DNA of 54,661 nt, counting the filler, from Dimargaris cristalligena (taxonomy: Eukaryota), in the NCBI GenBank assembly GCA_003614675.1. It is 3 parts of 3 records of this genome, joined end to end, with 100 filler letters (N's around TTAATTAATTAA, not from the genome) between each part and the next. Parts side by side here need not be neighbours in the genome. Positions count along the whole stretch, not along the records: positions 18,304 to 36,439 come from ML002775.1; positions 36,540 to 54,661 come from ML002776.1; 1 more part is not named here. One strand, given 5' to 3'. Positions 25,701 to 38,551 of this stretch are shown here, piece by piece. The notes beneath the pieces are model-generated. The model worked only from the letters and a program-made list of their open reading frames with translations, had not been told where the DNA came from and made no database searches. How positions within the stretch are numbered: the first letter of the stretch is position 1; each line of letters opens with the position of its first letter. Made by a program: the position numbers and the translations under genes.

Positions 25701-26244
25701 TTGACGGCCAAAATTACAAAGGAAACGTTCCCCGGCGTAGTAGCGAAACGGGCCGGGCTTTATGTATTTTCTGGCTTCATTCGAAGCACCAGAGCCAATA
25801 GTAGCCGAAGTGTGCGGGGGCAAGCCGCACTATTTGATTATGTGTGGATCGTTTTGGGAAAAGGGAACTCGATGAACAAGCTCCACTAGCCAATGATGGG
25901 GTGCTTCTATTTCGCCTTTGGTATGTGTGTACATCCTTATTCTCCGTGGGTAGTTTTAATAGTAATAGCCCTAGTAATGGCAATAGTAATAGCAGCGGGA
26001 GAGAACACACACACACACACATATATATATATATTCTTCAGCGACCTAAAGTACTATGGATAGCCGAGCAATATACTACTGTCTGAATGTGTGCCCCTTG
26101 TCAAAGTCATCTGGCTGACTGGCTTTCCTTCTCCTTCTACATTAGCCGACTCTCTCTCCCAGGTTGACTTCGTTTCAATTGCCTTCCTCTCTGCTTTCAC
26201 AACCTCTCCTTTGTATTCTACCGCATATCCCTCCTCCCCGCTTG

Positions 26245-26585
26245 GTAAGTCTGCCTCCCCTCTTCAGTACCCAGTCCATGTGTCCCTCTAACATTCCCTT
26301 CCCCATCTCCATTTGCCCAATGCCTCTCGGGCCCCTTATCCTACCGCCAAACTCCCCGTTCCGAACCCAGCCGCGGATGTTGACCGCATCCCTCCATCTC
26401 TGATCTTCTGGGACATCTCTACCCTCCCTTGGATTGCCTTATTAACCCAAATTACTGCCTACTATTCGTTACTACTCACTCGGCTGTATCTCTTACTCGC
26501 ACCTGGCTGCCCATCATATATAGTTCCCTTTCGGCCCGTATTTTAAAGCACTCTAGCTTCCAGTCCGACTGACTCTCTCCTCTAG
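26245..26585 (+). other. Probable 5' UTR intron of the YPK1-like kinase gene
   Basis: GTAAGT donor at 26245, CTGAC branch-like site, pyrimidine tract and TAG acceptor at 26585, 50 bp before the ATG. Confidence 0.5.
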
Positions 26586-26634
26586 TGTGCCTTCGCCCTT
26601 CGTCTCCGCTGCCTAGACTATCTATATCGGCACC

Positions 26635-28675
26635 ATGTCGTGGAAACCCTTTGGCAAAAGTAGGTGGCCCGCTTATTCAGTGGATTAAATCAGGTCGCAA
26701 AGCTGGTTCTTACTAAACCCCCCCTGCCATCCGCCGCAAGGGCGCGAATGCTTGGTGATTAATGAAATCCCTCCCCCTTACTCTGTGTTCTTGGGCGCGG
26801 GAATATTGCCCGTATATATCAGTAGTGTTTGATCGACCCATACGGTCAAACTCAACTACCCATTGTCACTACCATTCTAACCCCCTTATGGTCGCCCTGA
26901 TTATACATGTTCCCACCGTAGAGTCCAAGGACACTAGCATTAACAACATCTCGGCCCCGACCCCGGCCGGGCCTCCCGCCCCCGTCATTGGTGGCGCGGT
27001 TATGCAAGCCCCCTCTTCCGACTCTTCCAATGCCATGTCGGTCGATACACCCACTCTGAGCGGCAATCCCGCCCCGCCGCCACGCAAGTCCGGCGTGCTC
27101 TCCGTCCGGGTCGTCGAGGCCCGTGGACTGGTCCACCCCTCCGGCTCCCAGCTGGCCTCCCGCTACGCCCCCTACCACAGCGAGGCTTCTCGTCTGCCCT
27201 ACGTGGTCATCGAATTCGAAAAGAACGAGGTGGTTGTGAACGCCCTCGGTGGTGATGCTAGCAGCCCCCTCTGGAAGTACAACGCCCCCTTCGATGTCTC
27301 GCGTGTCTCCGAAATCATGATTTCCATTTACCAGCGCACTCTGCCCACCCAGTACCAGGACGCCAATGCCCGCCAGAACGCCGCCGCTCAACTGCCCCCT
27401 AATACGTTTGGTGTTCGTAACCCGCCCCCGACCACCCCGGCTGGCGGCAACTCGTCAACCTCTGCCTCCCCGGGATCCGACGCCGGGGCTATTCTCCTAG
27501 GGTTCATCAAAATCTCCCCCGAGTTCTTGGACAAAAAATTTGTGGACAACTGGTACCCTCTCTACAATGGCTCCGGCCATATCCGGGTCCAGTACTGCTA
27601 CCAGCGTCGTGAATCGGGCCCGCTGACCATCGATGCTTTTGACCTGCTCACTGTCATTGGCAAGGGCAGTTTCGGCAAGGTGATGCAGGTGCGCAAGAAA
27701 GATACCGACCGGATCTACGCCATGAAGATCCTCAAAAAATCCAAGATTGTCATGCGGTCCGAGGTGCAACACACTTTGGCTGAGCGTACCGTATTGGCCC
27801 AAATTAACCACCCCTTTATCGTGCCCCTCAAGTTCTCGTTCCAGACCCCCGAAAAACTATATTTGGTGCTAGCTTTCATCAACGGTGGGGAACTATTCCA
27901 CCACCTGCAGCGGGAGGGTCGCTTCGACGAACACCGCAGTCGGTTCTACGCCGCCGAACTGCTATCAGCGTTGGAATGCCTGCACTCGTACAATGTGGTC
28001 TACCGTGACCTGAAGCCCGAGAATATTCTTTTGGACTACAAGGGCCACATCGCACTCTGCGATTTTGGTCTGTGTAAACTGAACATGACCGAAAACGAGC
28101 GGACCAACACCTTCTGTGGAACTCCCGAATACCTAGCCCCCGAACTTCTTTATGGCCAGGGCTACACCAAGACGGTCGATTGGTGGACCTTCGGCGTCCT
28201 CCTCTACGAAATGCTCACGGGTCTGCCCCCGTTCTACGACGAGAACACCAACGAAATGTACCGCCGGATTCTGGAGGACGAACTCCGGTTCCCGGAGGAT
28301 ATGAGCATGCGGGCCCGGCACCTGCTGCGTGGCCTCCTGACCCGTGACCCCAACCAGCGGCTGGGCCACAGTGGCGCCCACGAAATTAAATCCCAGCCCT
28401 TCTTCGGGGAAATCGACTGGAGTATGTTACTGGCGAAGAAGTACGACCCGCCGTTCAAGCCCAGCGTGGTGTCTTCGGTGGATACGTCGAACTTTGACGA
28501 AGAATTTACGTCGGAAATTCCCATTGATTCCCTGGCTGATGAAACACACCTGTCGGCCACCGCCCAGGAACAGTTCGTCGGATTTACCTACGAAGGGGAT
28601 GGTGGGGCCATGTCGCTGGCTCGCAGTATTGGTCCGGCGGGCTTTGGGCGGAGTATGGGTGGCATGAATGGGTAA
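26635..28675 (+). CDS. YPK1: AGC-family Ser/Thr kinase Ypk1/Gad8 (SGK-like) with C2 domain, 592 aa; exons 26635-26659, 26922-28675
   Basis: Spliced N-terminus MSWKPFGKKSKDT; C2-like segment PYVVIEFEKNE...FDVSR; kinase motifs GKGSFGKV, YRDLKPEN, DFG, TFCGTPEYLAPE; hydrophobic motif FVGFTY. The ORF-track start at 26762 is intronic. Confidence 0.95.
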
Positions 28676-31208
28676 TTCACTGTGGTTGGCACTTTCTTGC
28701 TTTCTCCATCTCCCGCACACCCTTTATTTCTATTCCTGGATTGTGGGTGCCAATCCTTTGCTCCTCTCCCCTCCTACCTTTGACATGAATATTTTGGGCC
28801 AATGATACTCATGTTCAGGCTAGATTTTGACTTATGTCTTTTCCTCTCTTTGTTTTTGATTTCTCTAAATGCGGTATCGAATGTACGGCAGTTTACATTA
28901 ATGGGTGATCTAGTTGCGGACTGTCGATTTTTGACCAACACATATACACCCGCACACCCGCCTTTCAGCAGTTCTTGAAACATTCTCTTACGTAACGCAC
29001 CCTCCACCAGGATTAGTCGACGGATTTCTCTATTTATTCTTCTTTTAATAGCACGGTTGTTGTTTTTTGATTTGATTTTATATTTTTCCAATTGATGCTT
29101 GCTTTTTGCAGACTCCCCCGCAGACGTAGTTTACCCAAGTGTGATCGAATGCCCGTCATATCCGAGGTTATTTTTACTGTATCCTTCAATTTCTTATCAC
29201 CCGTACGCGCGCCCCCCTTTTTTATTACTATTATCTATTACCATGCACTTCCCTTGATAAGAGTCTCTCGCCCCCTCTTATTTCCACCAAATCCCGACCC
29301 TTTTGCCACTAGTTACTATTATTATTCTCTCTATTTCTACTATTCCTATTGTTCAACTGAACCGGCTTTTTCTTGCCATTTCATTTCACTGAGTTGATGA
29401 TTTGGACGATATGTAGGTCTTTGTTACCCACATTTTCCCCCTCACGCCCCCCTCCCCCTTTCTCCCGCCCATGCCGGGCTAATTTCGTACCTGATTGGTT
29501 TCCAATGAATTACCTTGATTTAATTTCCCCCGGTGGGATAATGTATGTGGGGCTGGGCCGGATGCCTACTCTGTAGTCCCAGTTGATTATTTATACGCCA
29601 TAAGGGGGTAACAAAAAACCAATGGCTGGATGTAAACTCTCCCAGCAATGGAAAATCCACCCTTCCTCTCGGCCTCAAGTAAGAGGCCCAAGGGAATTGT
29701 ATAGATAGGCTTGCCAGTGTTGGGAAATTCCCCGAAACAGGCGGGGCGATACTGGTACAGGAGTGGGGGGGGGGTTGACATTCAGTTGGAGTGGATTAGT
29801 TAAATGTGAATAATACTATGCCATGAGTTCAATCCCGATTTTCGATGCGAAAGTGTAAGACCCGATTGACTGTTGTAGGATTTCAATAACCGAAGTCCAC
29901 ATGTTTTAAAAGGCGCTTAACCCCATTGTATAGCGCTAGAAATGGAATGTAGATAGGGTGATTGTTTTGCACAAGCCAAAGCTGGCCCAGTCAATACATA
30001 TGGGTGAAGTTCATTCAGGCTGTATAACGAAAAATCCATTAGATGGGGTCAATATTACTGGTTAAAAGCTACCCACCCACATATTCTCCCGTATACGTAT
30101 TATGTAAAACTTTATATAGTTGATTTGAATTTCACCCATATATATATGTATATTTACTATTGTAGTTGGTTCGCTGGCTCGAGTATTGAATTCGGAATGG
30201 TAGTTTTGATTGATCATTTCCTTCGTACCAGCAGTGTGTGTGGGGTGGGGGTGGCTCAAAGCCCCTCTATATTCCCTGGCTAGACACAGTGCAACTATTG
30301 CGCTACCTATGTATTTTTTAAAATGGAAGTCGAAGTTCGTCTTTTGCGTTGACCAATGCACCAATGCAATCCATTGGCTTACGACTGCTGGGTATCTATT
30401 TGTCACTCAGCCTTCCCATTTACTTCCCTACAATTGATTTTACAGGATCCTCGGGACTAAAGGAGATAATCACCAAGGCCCAAGTTTCCCCAACGCCTCA
30501 CCCGAGTAAAAGGGTATATCGTTTATTAATAGGCGCGGTATCAAAACCCCCGAATTCTTAGTCTGGCCTCTTCTCCCTTTCCCTTCCCCCCTGTCTTGGC
30601 CCTCTCTGATAATAATATCCGATGCCCGAATTCTCATTTGCAGTTCTCAACCGAGATTATAGCCAACGGCTGATTAGGGGGTGTGGAATAGCTTCATTGA
30701 TGGCAGCGGCCTAAACTTAGGCGCAGAGAGCACCACTCTGAGTAGCTTCCTCTAACACAGTCGAGGGGTTGTGTACCATCCGAAGAGTAGGCGGGGTAGT
30801 GCGTCCCCCCTCCCAAGGTATATAACAAACCCAATGGCCAGGCTAGAGTGGTGCTTTACCACCTCTCGGTTAGACTTCTGTCACTTCCCCCTCCCTCTTT
30901 TTCTTCAATTATCCACAGTGTATACTTCGCAGGTAATAATATATATATATTCACTGAGCGGTTTCTTATCGTATACGACTAACCCTTACAAGTATAACCT
31001 ACGGCACTTTGCCCCGCTTCCTGTATTTATTTGCCCTACAGCTACTAATGAATATTTTTCCAAATTTGGTGGATATAAAAAAACCTGCTTAACCTTTGCA
31101 TCGAATATTTATTCCTTATAATTTCCTACTGATCCCTTTTAGTTTTCGGGAGACTCCAGTTCGCTTAACCAACCATCACCTCCCCTATTTCGGTGTCGAT
31201 TTCTCGCT

Positions 31209-32093
31209 ATGCGCAGAATTTTTATCCAAGCTATTTCCCTCGGCGGCTTGGCCATCATTATGACCACCTATGTCGCGCCGGAGAGGGATATTTTACCGCC
31301 CTCAATGATGTCCTCGGTCAGCCAGTTCGACACCGCGATGGAAGATCCCCAAACACCGGCCAATTCAGCGGCTGATCTTCTAAGTAACCTTATCGCTGAA
31401 GAGAACACTATGGCTCCGGACCAATTCCCAGCCGGCGTAACCAAGTTGGCCGGAGCCACGTAATCCTATGCTAGCCAACTGGACCAAGCCGTTGAAGGTA
31501 TCTATCAAAAGGTCAACTCCGAAGTGGACCCGAATGTCTACACCCTACTAATCGAACTCACTAAAATTGACAATAGAGACAACGACGCTATTGATGATAT
31601 CGTTGGTCAGCTTTGTAGCATGAAACCATTATCGCATCTGATTTTCAAAGAGCTGTCCGGGAATATCAAGATGTTTCAGAAGGCCTCGGAGGTACTACGC
31701 GCCATAAATCAAAAGATCATTGGCGGATAGTCCCAAATAGCCCAGAAACTCTCAACAAGCCCTGGGATTTTGTCTAGTTTAAAGCGCAACCTTTATTTGC
31801 CTAAATACGTTATTATCTACTTGGCTAAGATGGAAAACACCCTGACCTCACCCTCGCGCAGTCAACGGATAAACTTGACCATGGGCAGCGTTGGCCCATA
31901 TGGGGATTATGAGCAAGCCTATCGGGAAATCGAAAACAACCCCGACAATAGACTGGACGATCCCAGTAACCAGGCCATCTGGAAGCTTATCAAGACGGCC
32001 ATCCGCGTCAACGACCAGATCAATGCCAACTCCGCGATAACGATCGAGTTAACTATTCAATTGAAGGCCCAAAACAAGCGGTGGGAGGCATAG
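31209..32093 (+). pseudogene. Secreted-protein-like reading frame (~294 codons) broken by two in-frame stops (TAA 31461-31463, TAG 31728-31730)
   Basis: ORFs at 31209, 31524 and 31770 share one frame. Hydrophobic N-terminus MRRIFIQAISLGGLAIIMTTYVA. TATA-like element near 30820 and a probable 5' UTR intron 30933-31142. No family recognised. Confidence 0.7.
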
Positions 32094-34205
32094 CTGGTTG
32101 GAAAGGTCAATAATTTTTATTACGTTTAGACGGCCTCCAGAAAATTTTGAATAAAATCGAAAAAATAAGTCTACACTTTTTTTAAAAACAATATATATTA
32201 AAAAACCACTTGGTGGGGGCAGCGGGGCAGTTTTCGCACCATCCGTAAGCTACTAGTCTCTATCCCTATGCACTTGCGAATTTCCACCCTTCACCGACTC
32301 GTGCTACTTACCTTGGGGTTTCCTTTGGCCATTTCGTTTCCAGTCTAAGCGTGGCCTGACCGATACCATTCTAGTTAAAGACGCAGATGTTCTGGTGGGC
32401 GAATCCGACAGATAAATACTTCCCCCCTTTTTTTATATATTTTTTTACTTATTGTTGGTTGATATTTTAATCGTATATTTTTTTATACATGAAGTCGATG
32501 GTCGATAACCTCCGGACAGAGCCCCAGTATTACCACGTTCATTGGGGGGTTTCTTTTCTAAAGCCGACTTATATTACTGGATGCCAATCTCTTTAGTCAA
32601 TAAAATGTGTCGCTGCCCGTAGTATATTTACATCCTTAAACGATCGCCAGACTCACTACTGAAAAGAAGGTGTGTTGATAACATCCTGCTAGGCGTGGGG
32701 GAGGGGGTATCCCGTGCCTCTAGGGGGGGCGGGCTTCATGGGTGGGTTAACAAACCCATTCCCATTCTAGCTATTGCTTTGCCTGAACAGAGGATTGCAT
32801 AAAAATACATGCCGCCCATTGGGTGCCAAGATGCAAGTCGATGGGTGCATGACATCGGTTTAAAGCAACGCTCCCTTATTAGAGTGCATGTCGCTGGGAT
32901 TGGTATGAATCGAGAGGTTTTACGCAATATAATGTCTATGGCTGTGGTAGATAAAATCTATATTGCGTATTAGCCAATTGAATGGCAGGAGTAGAGATAT
33001 TTAACCGATGCTGATATCTAAGGATTCGATGCAAATACTCAGTTCAACCCGATTCATGTGAGCAATAGACCGTCCCCCCGGTAGAACCTTAGTCCTGCCA
33101 CCAGTTAACTTTAAGCTACAGTGAAAAATAGTCGGAAGGTCTCCACTGGGTGTTTAGTATAGCTGTAGAGAAATTGCTAGTGAGATATGGTTAGGCTGTG
33201 GATGCAGAATAACGAATATAGAATGTACGGCCCACATAAACCACCGTAGATATATCATACTAAAGCAGTCTGAATCCGGTCCCCTTTTTTGTCACGGAGG
33301 TCTACCTAAGCTGTCATAGCGATCAACCATTGTAAGTTCCCATAGGGTTTACACTCTTAGCCTATATGTCTCGGGTCGAAAACACAATATCAATTTTTCC
33401 CTACTTGATCCAACCATCTATGTAAGCGGGGGTAGATTCGAGTATAGTGCTTTCCGCTATCAGATCAAGCGGCATTCCTAGACCAACCAGCCACCCATAC
33501 TTCCTCCATGTCGCTGATGGTAGATGTATGGCCCAATGATGAAGTATTACAGGGCGCATCTATGGACGAAATGACACCAGAAAGCCGGTGACGGCCCGAC
33601 CAGAAGGAGGCTACATAGGATGGGGACAGGCGTGCTCTGCTGCGTAAAACTTCCTCGCATTATCTATTTTCCTAACCTACTCATTAAACCAAATAGGGGT
33701 TCTTTCGGTATAGACCAGGGGTTGACGACCCAGTCGCTCCCCAGCCGCTAGCAAGCTATACTTGGCCTACATTTGCTATTCAGCGGCTAGACCCCCGAGT
33801 CATGTAAAAATAACTACCAGTTGCTTCATCCGAGGCCCATGAATGGAGCTGTACGGCGGTTGAGGATCAGCTTAGCGTGCAGCGGCCTCCCTTTTCAACA
33901 ACTCAATGGGATGTCTGGTCGTAGATAAAATCTCATAGCAGCCATGCAACTCACCCGACACTCGCGTTTGTTTTGGTTTTTACGCCGGTATCCTCTTCAT
34001 ATCTTCTGGGGAGGCTAGCCGAACTAGAATAGTAATGTGCATATATATAAACCGAGAGTTCCGCCCAAAAGTAAAATATTCGTACACCACCCATTTTATT
34101 ACAATCTGTTCGATAATTCGATTTTTCCTCACCTTCCCCACCCCATCCCTCGATCTTTCACTCTATTCTCCCCAATTTCAGATAATTATCTTCTCATATT
34201 AAAAC

Positions 34206-35105
34206 ATGCCATTTCCTCGCCTCACATATTTAGTTCGCCGTGCCAATCCCATTCCTACCCTAGTGAAGCTGGGGCGTAAGCTGAGCCCGACAGTGACTCG
34301 CTCCGAGGCGGAATCGAGTGTGGATCGCGTTGTCTGGCCGGGAATCGGTCGATACTCTAATGACAAGTCCGTCAACTTGTCCCAGTCGATATCCACCATG
34401 TCGACGGCGGTGACCATGATCGAAGTAGTGCCGACTACAAAGCCGGCCGTAACCGAATCGTTCCAACCCGGTGATGCTAAACCGATGGGTTCCCCCGGGC
34501 ACGACTATTTTGCCAACTGGAAGCTACCAACGCCTGACCTGGCGTTGGACTTTACCACCTGGGACCCGTCGGGGACGGTCGAGGAGGATATGGGCGACCA
34601 GGGTATCGATATCGAGGCCCTCCTTCCGGCCCCCTTTCCCTTCGTTACAACGTACGTCGAGATTCGACCTGTTTCGGCGCCAAACGCCAGCACAACCGCC
34701 GACTCCCATCGCAACTCCGTTTACACTTCCACCCCAACTCCTATCCCCGCCATCGCCCAGGCCTCGGCTTCAACTTTGACTTCGACGCCCGGCCCTGCCC
34801 CACCGACCGATCGGGTGAAGTGGGCTGATCCCCCTAGCCAGTCTATTTCGACCATAGTAGAGCGGCTAGGGGCGCTCGCCGAACGCCTAAGCGCGATAAA
34901 AACCCTGCCCGAAAAACACTGGCTAGCCCAGCCGTCCGAGCGCTGCTTGGAGCTCAGTCGAGAGCGCCGGAAGTTGTACTGGGGGAATAGCCTGCCGCCG
35001 CCACCTGGCCAAGGGCCGGTTACTCAGTCCGAAATCGACGCGGTAATCCAGCGGGTTGCTCGACTTAAGGTTGCTCGTCTGGCAGGGAAAAGTCAACTCT
35101 ATTAG
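34206..35105 (+). CDS. Hypothetical intronless Pro/Ser/Thr-rich protein, 299 aa
   Basis: 900-nt GC-rich ORF with sharp AT-rich flanks, TATATATAAA near 34043 and a pyrimidine-rich leader. No recognisable domain. Confidence 0.65.
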   Translation: MPFPRLTYLVRRANPIPTLVKLGRKLSPTVTRSEAESSVDRVVWPGIGRYSNDKSVNLSQSISTMSTAVTMIEVVPTTKPAVTESFQPGDAKPMGSPGHDYFANWKLPTPDLALDFTTWDPSGTVEEDMGDQGIDIEALLPAPFPFVTTYVEIRPVSAPNASTTADSHRNSVYTSTPTPIPAIAQASASTLTSTPGPAPPTDRVKWADPPSQSISTIVERLGALAERLSAIKTLPEKHWLAQPSERCLELSRERRKLYWGNSLPPPPGQGPVTQSEIDAVIQRVARLKVARLAGKSQLY

Positions 35106-35420
35106 GCTATTATATTATCAGGCAATTCTATCTATTATGTATTTATTTAATATCCCACCGAGTGTTCCATTTAGGATTGTAGCTATATATATATATTCAC
35201 TTATCTTTAACCATCAATGCACTTTATTTTCATATATATATATTATCCGTTTTTTACCATTGTTTCCATTTAGCACTATAAATCTATTGAATATCTAGCC
35301 TATCTAATATAAATAAAATACTTTGATTTCCTAATATGCAAAAACTGATAGTTCAACTTACAAATTTTTAGTTCACTAATTCCCATATATTAGAGTATTT
35401 GTAATATTGCAAAGTACATT

Positions 35421-35858
35421 TGTTACCTGGGTTAACTACTCTTAGTCCATCAAGAGTCCTGAGGATAGGCTTCTAATGGTAGACAGGGCTTGGGCTCGGC
35501 CTAGCAGGTCCTAGCATTAGGTTGGGGCATAGTACTAACTAATAAAGGCTATGAAATGCAGGTATAAGCAAGGGGCATGCGGGAAGCACACTTACTAGTC
35601 GATATAAGGGAGGTGAGCATATATAGAGTTTATTAGGATCAACTAGGGGGTAAGAAATAAGCTAAGGAATTGAACTAGTCCTAATGGGGGCTGGTTATAT
35701 ATACACGGGGACAGTTCCAGAGGGAGGTCCCAAGAGAAGGTTTTTTACTGAAATTAGGATAAGGAAAATAGGCCAACTGGATGGCTGTGAGGACTTGGAA
35801 GACTCTGACAGTAATTAGAAGAGTCTTTAGGCCAGTACTTGAGTAATTAGTGTGAATG
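35421..35858 (-). mobile_element. LTR family A, copy 2 (3' part), interrupted by a family B element
   Basis: The reverse complement matches copies 1 and 3 and ends in the intact terminus ...CCAGGTAACA. Homology stops abruptly where element B begins. This copy retains several CpGs. Confidence 0.75.
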
Positions 35859-36290
35859 TGTAGTGCCATCCGGAGGTCGGCACTTAACCCCGGACTGTGG
35901 ATGGCCAGTCCTCATCACCAGAGGGCGGAATATGCCGCGGTACACATCAACGGTATTGTCCCCGCCATTTTCCCACTGAAATTACCACCTATACTATGGC
36001 ATATACAAAAGCCAAAAATATTATTTAGTTTTACAGTCGCGGTTTGCATTAAAAAGTCCGACCTATATCTCAGTACATTCCTTTTCCTTCCATTCTTTTC
36101 TATTTTTTACACCCTTTTTTTTTGCACTCAGCGGCCTCTAAGGCCCACTAACTGGTTACATAAGTAACCAACAAATTCCCGCCCAATTGGGGGGGGAAAA
36201 AAGGAGAAAAGGCATCGCCACTCGCTTATTTCGAATTTTTCGCTTATTCCTCAGATATTACCGCGACCTCTTATTGATTTACTATTAATG
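35859..36290 (+). mobile_element. Element family B, copy 1 (5' portion)
   Basis: Begins TGTAGTGCCATCC.GAGGTCGGCACTTAACCCCGGACTGTGGATG, near-identical to the reverse complement of the sequence ending at 49744. Similarity decays around 36290. The contig ends at 36439. Confidence 0.8.
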
Positions 36291-36439
36291 GACGCTGTGG
36301 CAAGGTGAAGTGTCCCCTTAAATTGCCACAGGTATGCACAATTATTATTTACTTATTATATTTATATACAAGGTATGAAGTGGCTTTTTTGTCTGGTATA
36401 TCCAGTTTTTTTCCCTTCCCTTTTAACCCATTTCTTCCA

Positions 36440-36539
36440 NNNNNNNNNNNNNNNNNNNNNNNNNNNNNNNNNNNNNNNNNNNNTTAATTAATTAANNNNN
36501 NNNNNNNNNNNNNNNNNNNNNNNNNNNNNNNNNNNNNNN
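36440..36539. other. Artificial contig-joining spacer
   Basis: N44 + TTAATTAATTAA + N44. Confidence 0.98.
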
Positions 36540-36759
36540 CAGCTACTACTTTCCGTCGCCCCTGAATAACCTAGACCCTTGATTTATTTCCCAACATATA
36601 AATAAGGGGTAATCGCCCATCATTAATAAAGCAGACTTTTGATACCCTGTTTCTTGCCTTTGAGATAGCCGATTCTTTTGCCGATTTTTACCAGACGTTT
36701 ATTACTGTTTAAACTTTCCTTTTCAGTATTATCCTGCTATTGCACAACACAAATATATG

Positions 36760-36842
36760 GGGCAGATGGCCGAGCGGTCTAAGGCGCTGCGTTCAGGTCG
36801 CAGTCTACTTTGTAGGCGTGGGTTCGAATCCCACTCTGCTCA
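36760..36842 (+). tRNA. tRNA-Leu(CAG)
   Basis: Type II cloverleaf with acceptor GGGCAGA/TCTGCTC, discriminator A, anticodon arm CTGCG-TTCAGGT-CGCAG, a long variable arm and T-loop GGTTCGAATCC. A T-run follows. Confidence 0.96.
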
Positions 36843-38551
36843 TTATTTTTGTTCTTGCTTTTAGATCCTGTTTCAGATTTGCTTACTAATTATAGTGTTA
36901 TTGACCTACAAGGTCCTAGACCCGAAATATTAGTATATGTTAGTTTTTACTTCATATGGGTGAAATTCGACCCAGCTGTATAGGGTTTTGAAGAATACGT
37001 GTACGGAAAGATAGGCGGAATATGCATGTTTAACCAGTAGCATTCGCCTCATCCAACGGACTTTTCTTTATATAGCCTGGTTGAACCTCTTTCATATGTT
37101 GAGCCGAATAGGAAATTCGAGGTGCCCAAATATCTGAAGAAAGTGTCACACCGTAAATTACACACCTATTGACTACAGCTAGTTTATTTATTAGTATATA
37201 CTCCTTTGGCCTCCCCCATCACTTCCAAAAGGTAATGGGAACGGGGTTGTCATTTTAGGATACCATGAATATAATCTTAAGGAAAATAGATTAAGAAGAA
37301 TGAGGTAATTTGATTATTTTTGACAACACGGTGGCAATAGAGCCCGTCGGTATAATACATTATTAAGCAACTATCGCTAAGCTTGGCTGGAATTGCTGGT
37401 TGTCGCAAAATCCAATGAAAAAATGTCTACACAGGGTATTGCATCGGCACATTGCATACCATGGCCAAGTGCACCACGTGGGGTAAACTCACCACCCCCT
37501 TGATGGAAACTATATATAAGGAAGCTGGCTGGAAACCCAACTTGCTACTCCTATGAACAGTACATCGTGTCGGGTTGGAGATATCCTCAACACATGTCAT
37601 CTCCCTACTTCATCAGGCAACTTAGGCTAATTTTGAGGAATCAAAGACATATGGACCTGGCAACTGAAGATGTTAGATCATGGCCTTAATGCGGCATGTC
37701 CTCGTACGTGAATGCCACAAATCATGATTGAATTCTCCGCCCCAACCGCCTCTTCTCCCTGCCATTTCATATACCCATTCATTCATAAGTTTTTTTAAAA
37801 AACAATAGTAATAGTACATGATCTATACCGAGCCTTTTCCAAAATATATGCCGCCCAATGCACCACTTCTACGCTTTCAGGGCTGGGGTACTTTGAATTA
37901 ATGCAAATAATGTGGATAGGAAATATAAGTTATATGATTTAGCCTTGCCCAACGTCATGCTTTATAAAGAAAATGATTAAAGTCGAAGTTTCTTTGGGCC
38001 TCAGTTTCCAAACTACCCAGCTCTTACCAACGAACTTAGGGAACTCCTTGGCTGAAGGCTTTGAGCCTCTTTTGGAATCCCCCCCCATGCATATATTCCA
38101 AAATCACGCAATCCGATTTCCTTATAAACCGTATCAACTGGCAATGTTGATTAACATGGTCTTAGTTACACCCCCAGCCCAGCATTACTAGTCTACTCAG
38201 TTATAGAATACCAGTCGTATTTCTATTACCCACCCTGCCACTGACTAGCCAATTAGTTGATTCGTTTTAACCAGTTAGCTTATTATATATCCGCTGCCCT
38301 ATTCAGTCTGTATCTTATAAAACGCCCTTCTCCACTATTTTTACAAGGGACCCTAAGTGTATCCCCTTCCTTGGCGTAGGTTATTCTAATATTTACTAGG
38401 AGCTTGGCCTGCCAGTCAGGCTTACTGTTGGAAAGGGTTGAAAAAACGGGGAGAAGTAATAGAGGCCGAATTTCCTGATCGATTTACCAATCACGGATCC
38501 TATATTTCTGCGACCTGGTAAGTAGAATCCCGGTAGGGAGGATTGGCGTGA

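Noticed and set aside
26852-28720. Long antisense and alternate-frame ORFs over the kinase (similar ones lie over YTP1 and ERV25)
   Set aside because: Expected from GC3-rich codon usage, with no independent motifs.
31461-31730. Stop-codon reassignment (UAA/UAG read as Gln) as the explanation for in-frame stops
   Set aside because: Conserved genes here terminate normally at TAA (SmF, ERV25, YPK1) and TAG (quinone reductase A), and none has internal stops.
36760-36842. tRNA(CAG) as a sign of CUG reassignment to Ser or Ala
   Set aside because: It has Leu features (A73 discriminator, U33, G37), and CTG sits at conserved Leu positions such as the kinase RDLKPEN.
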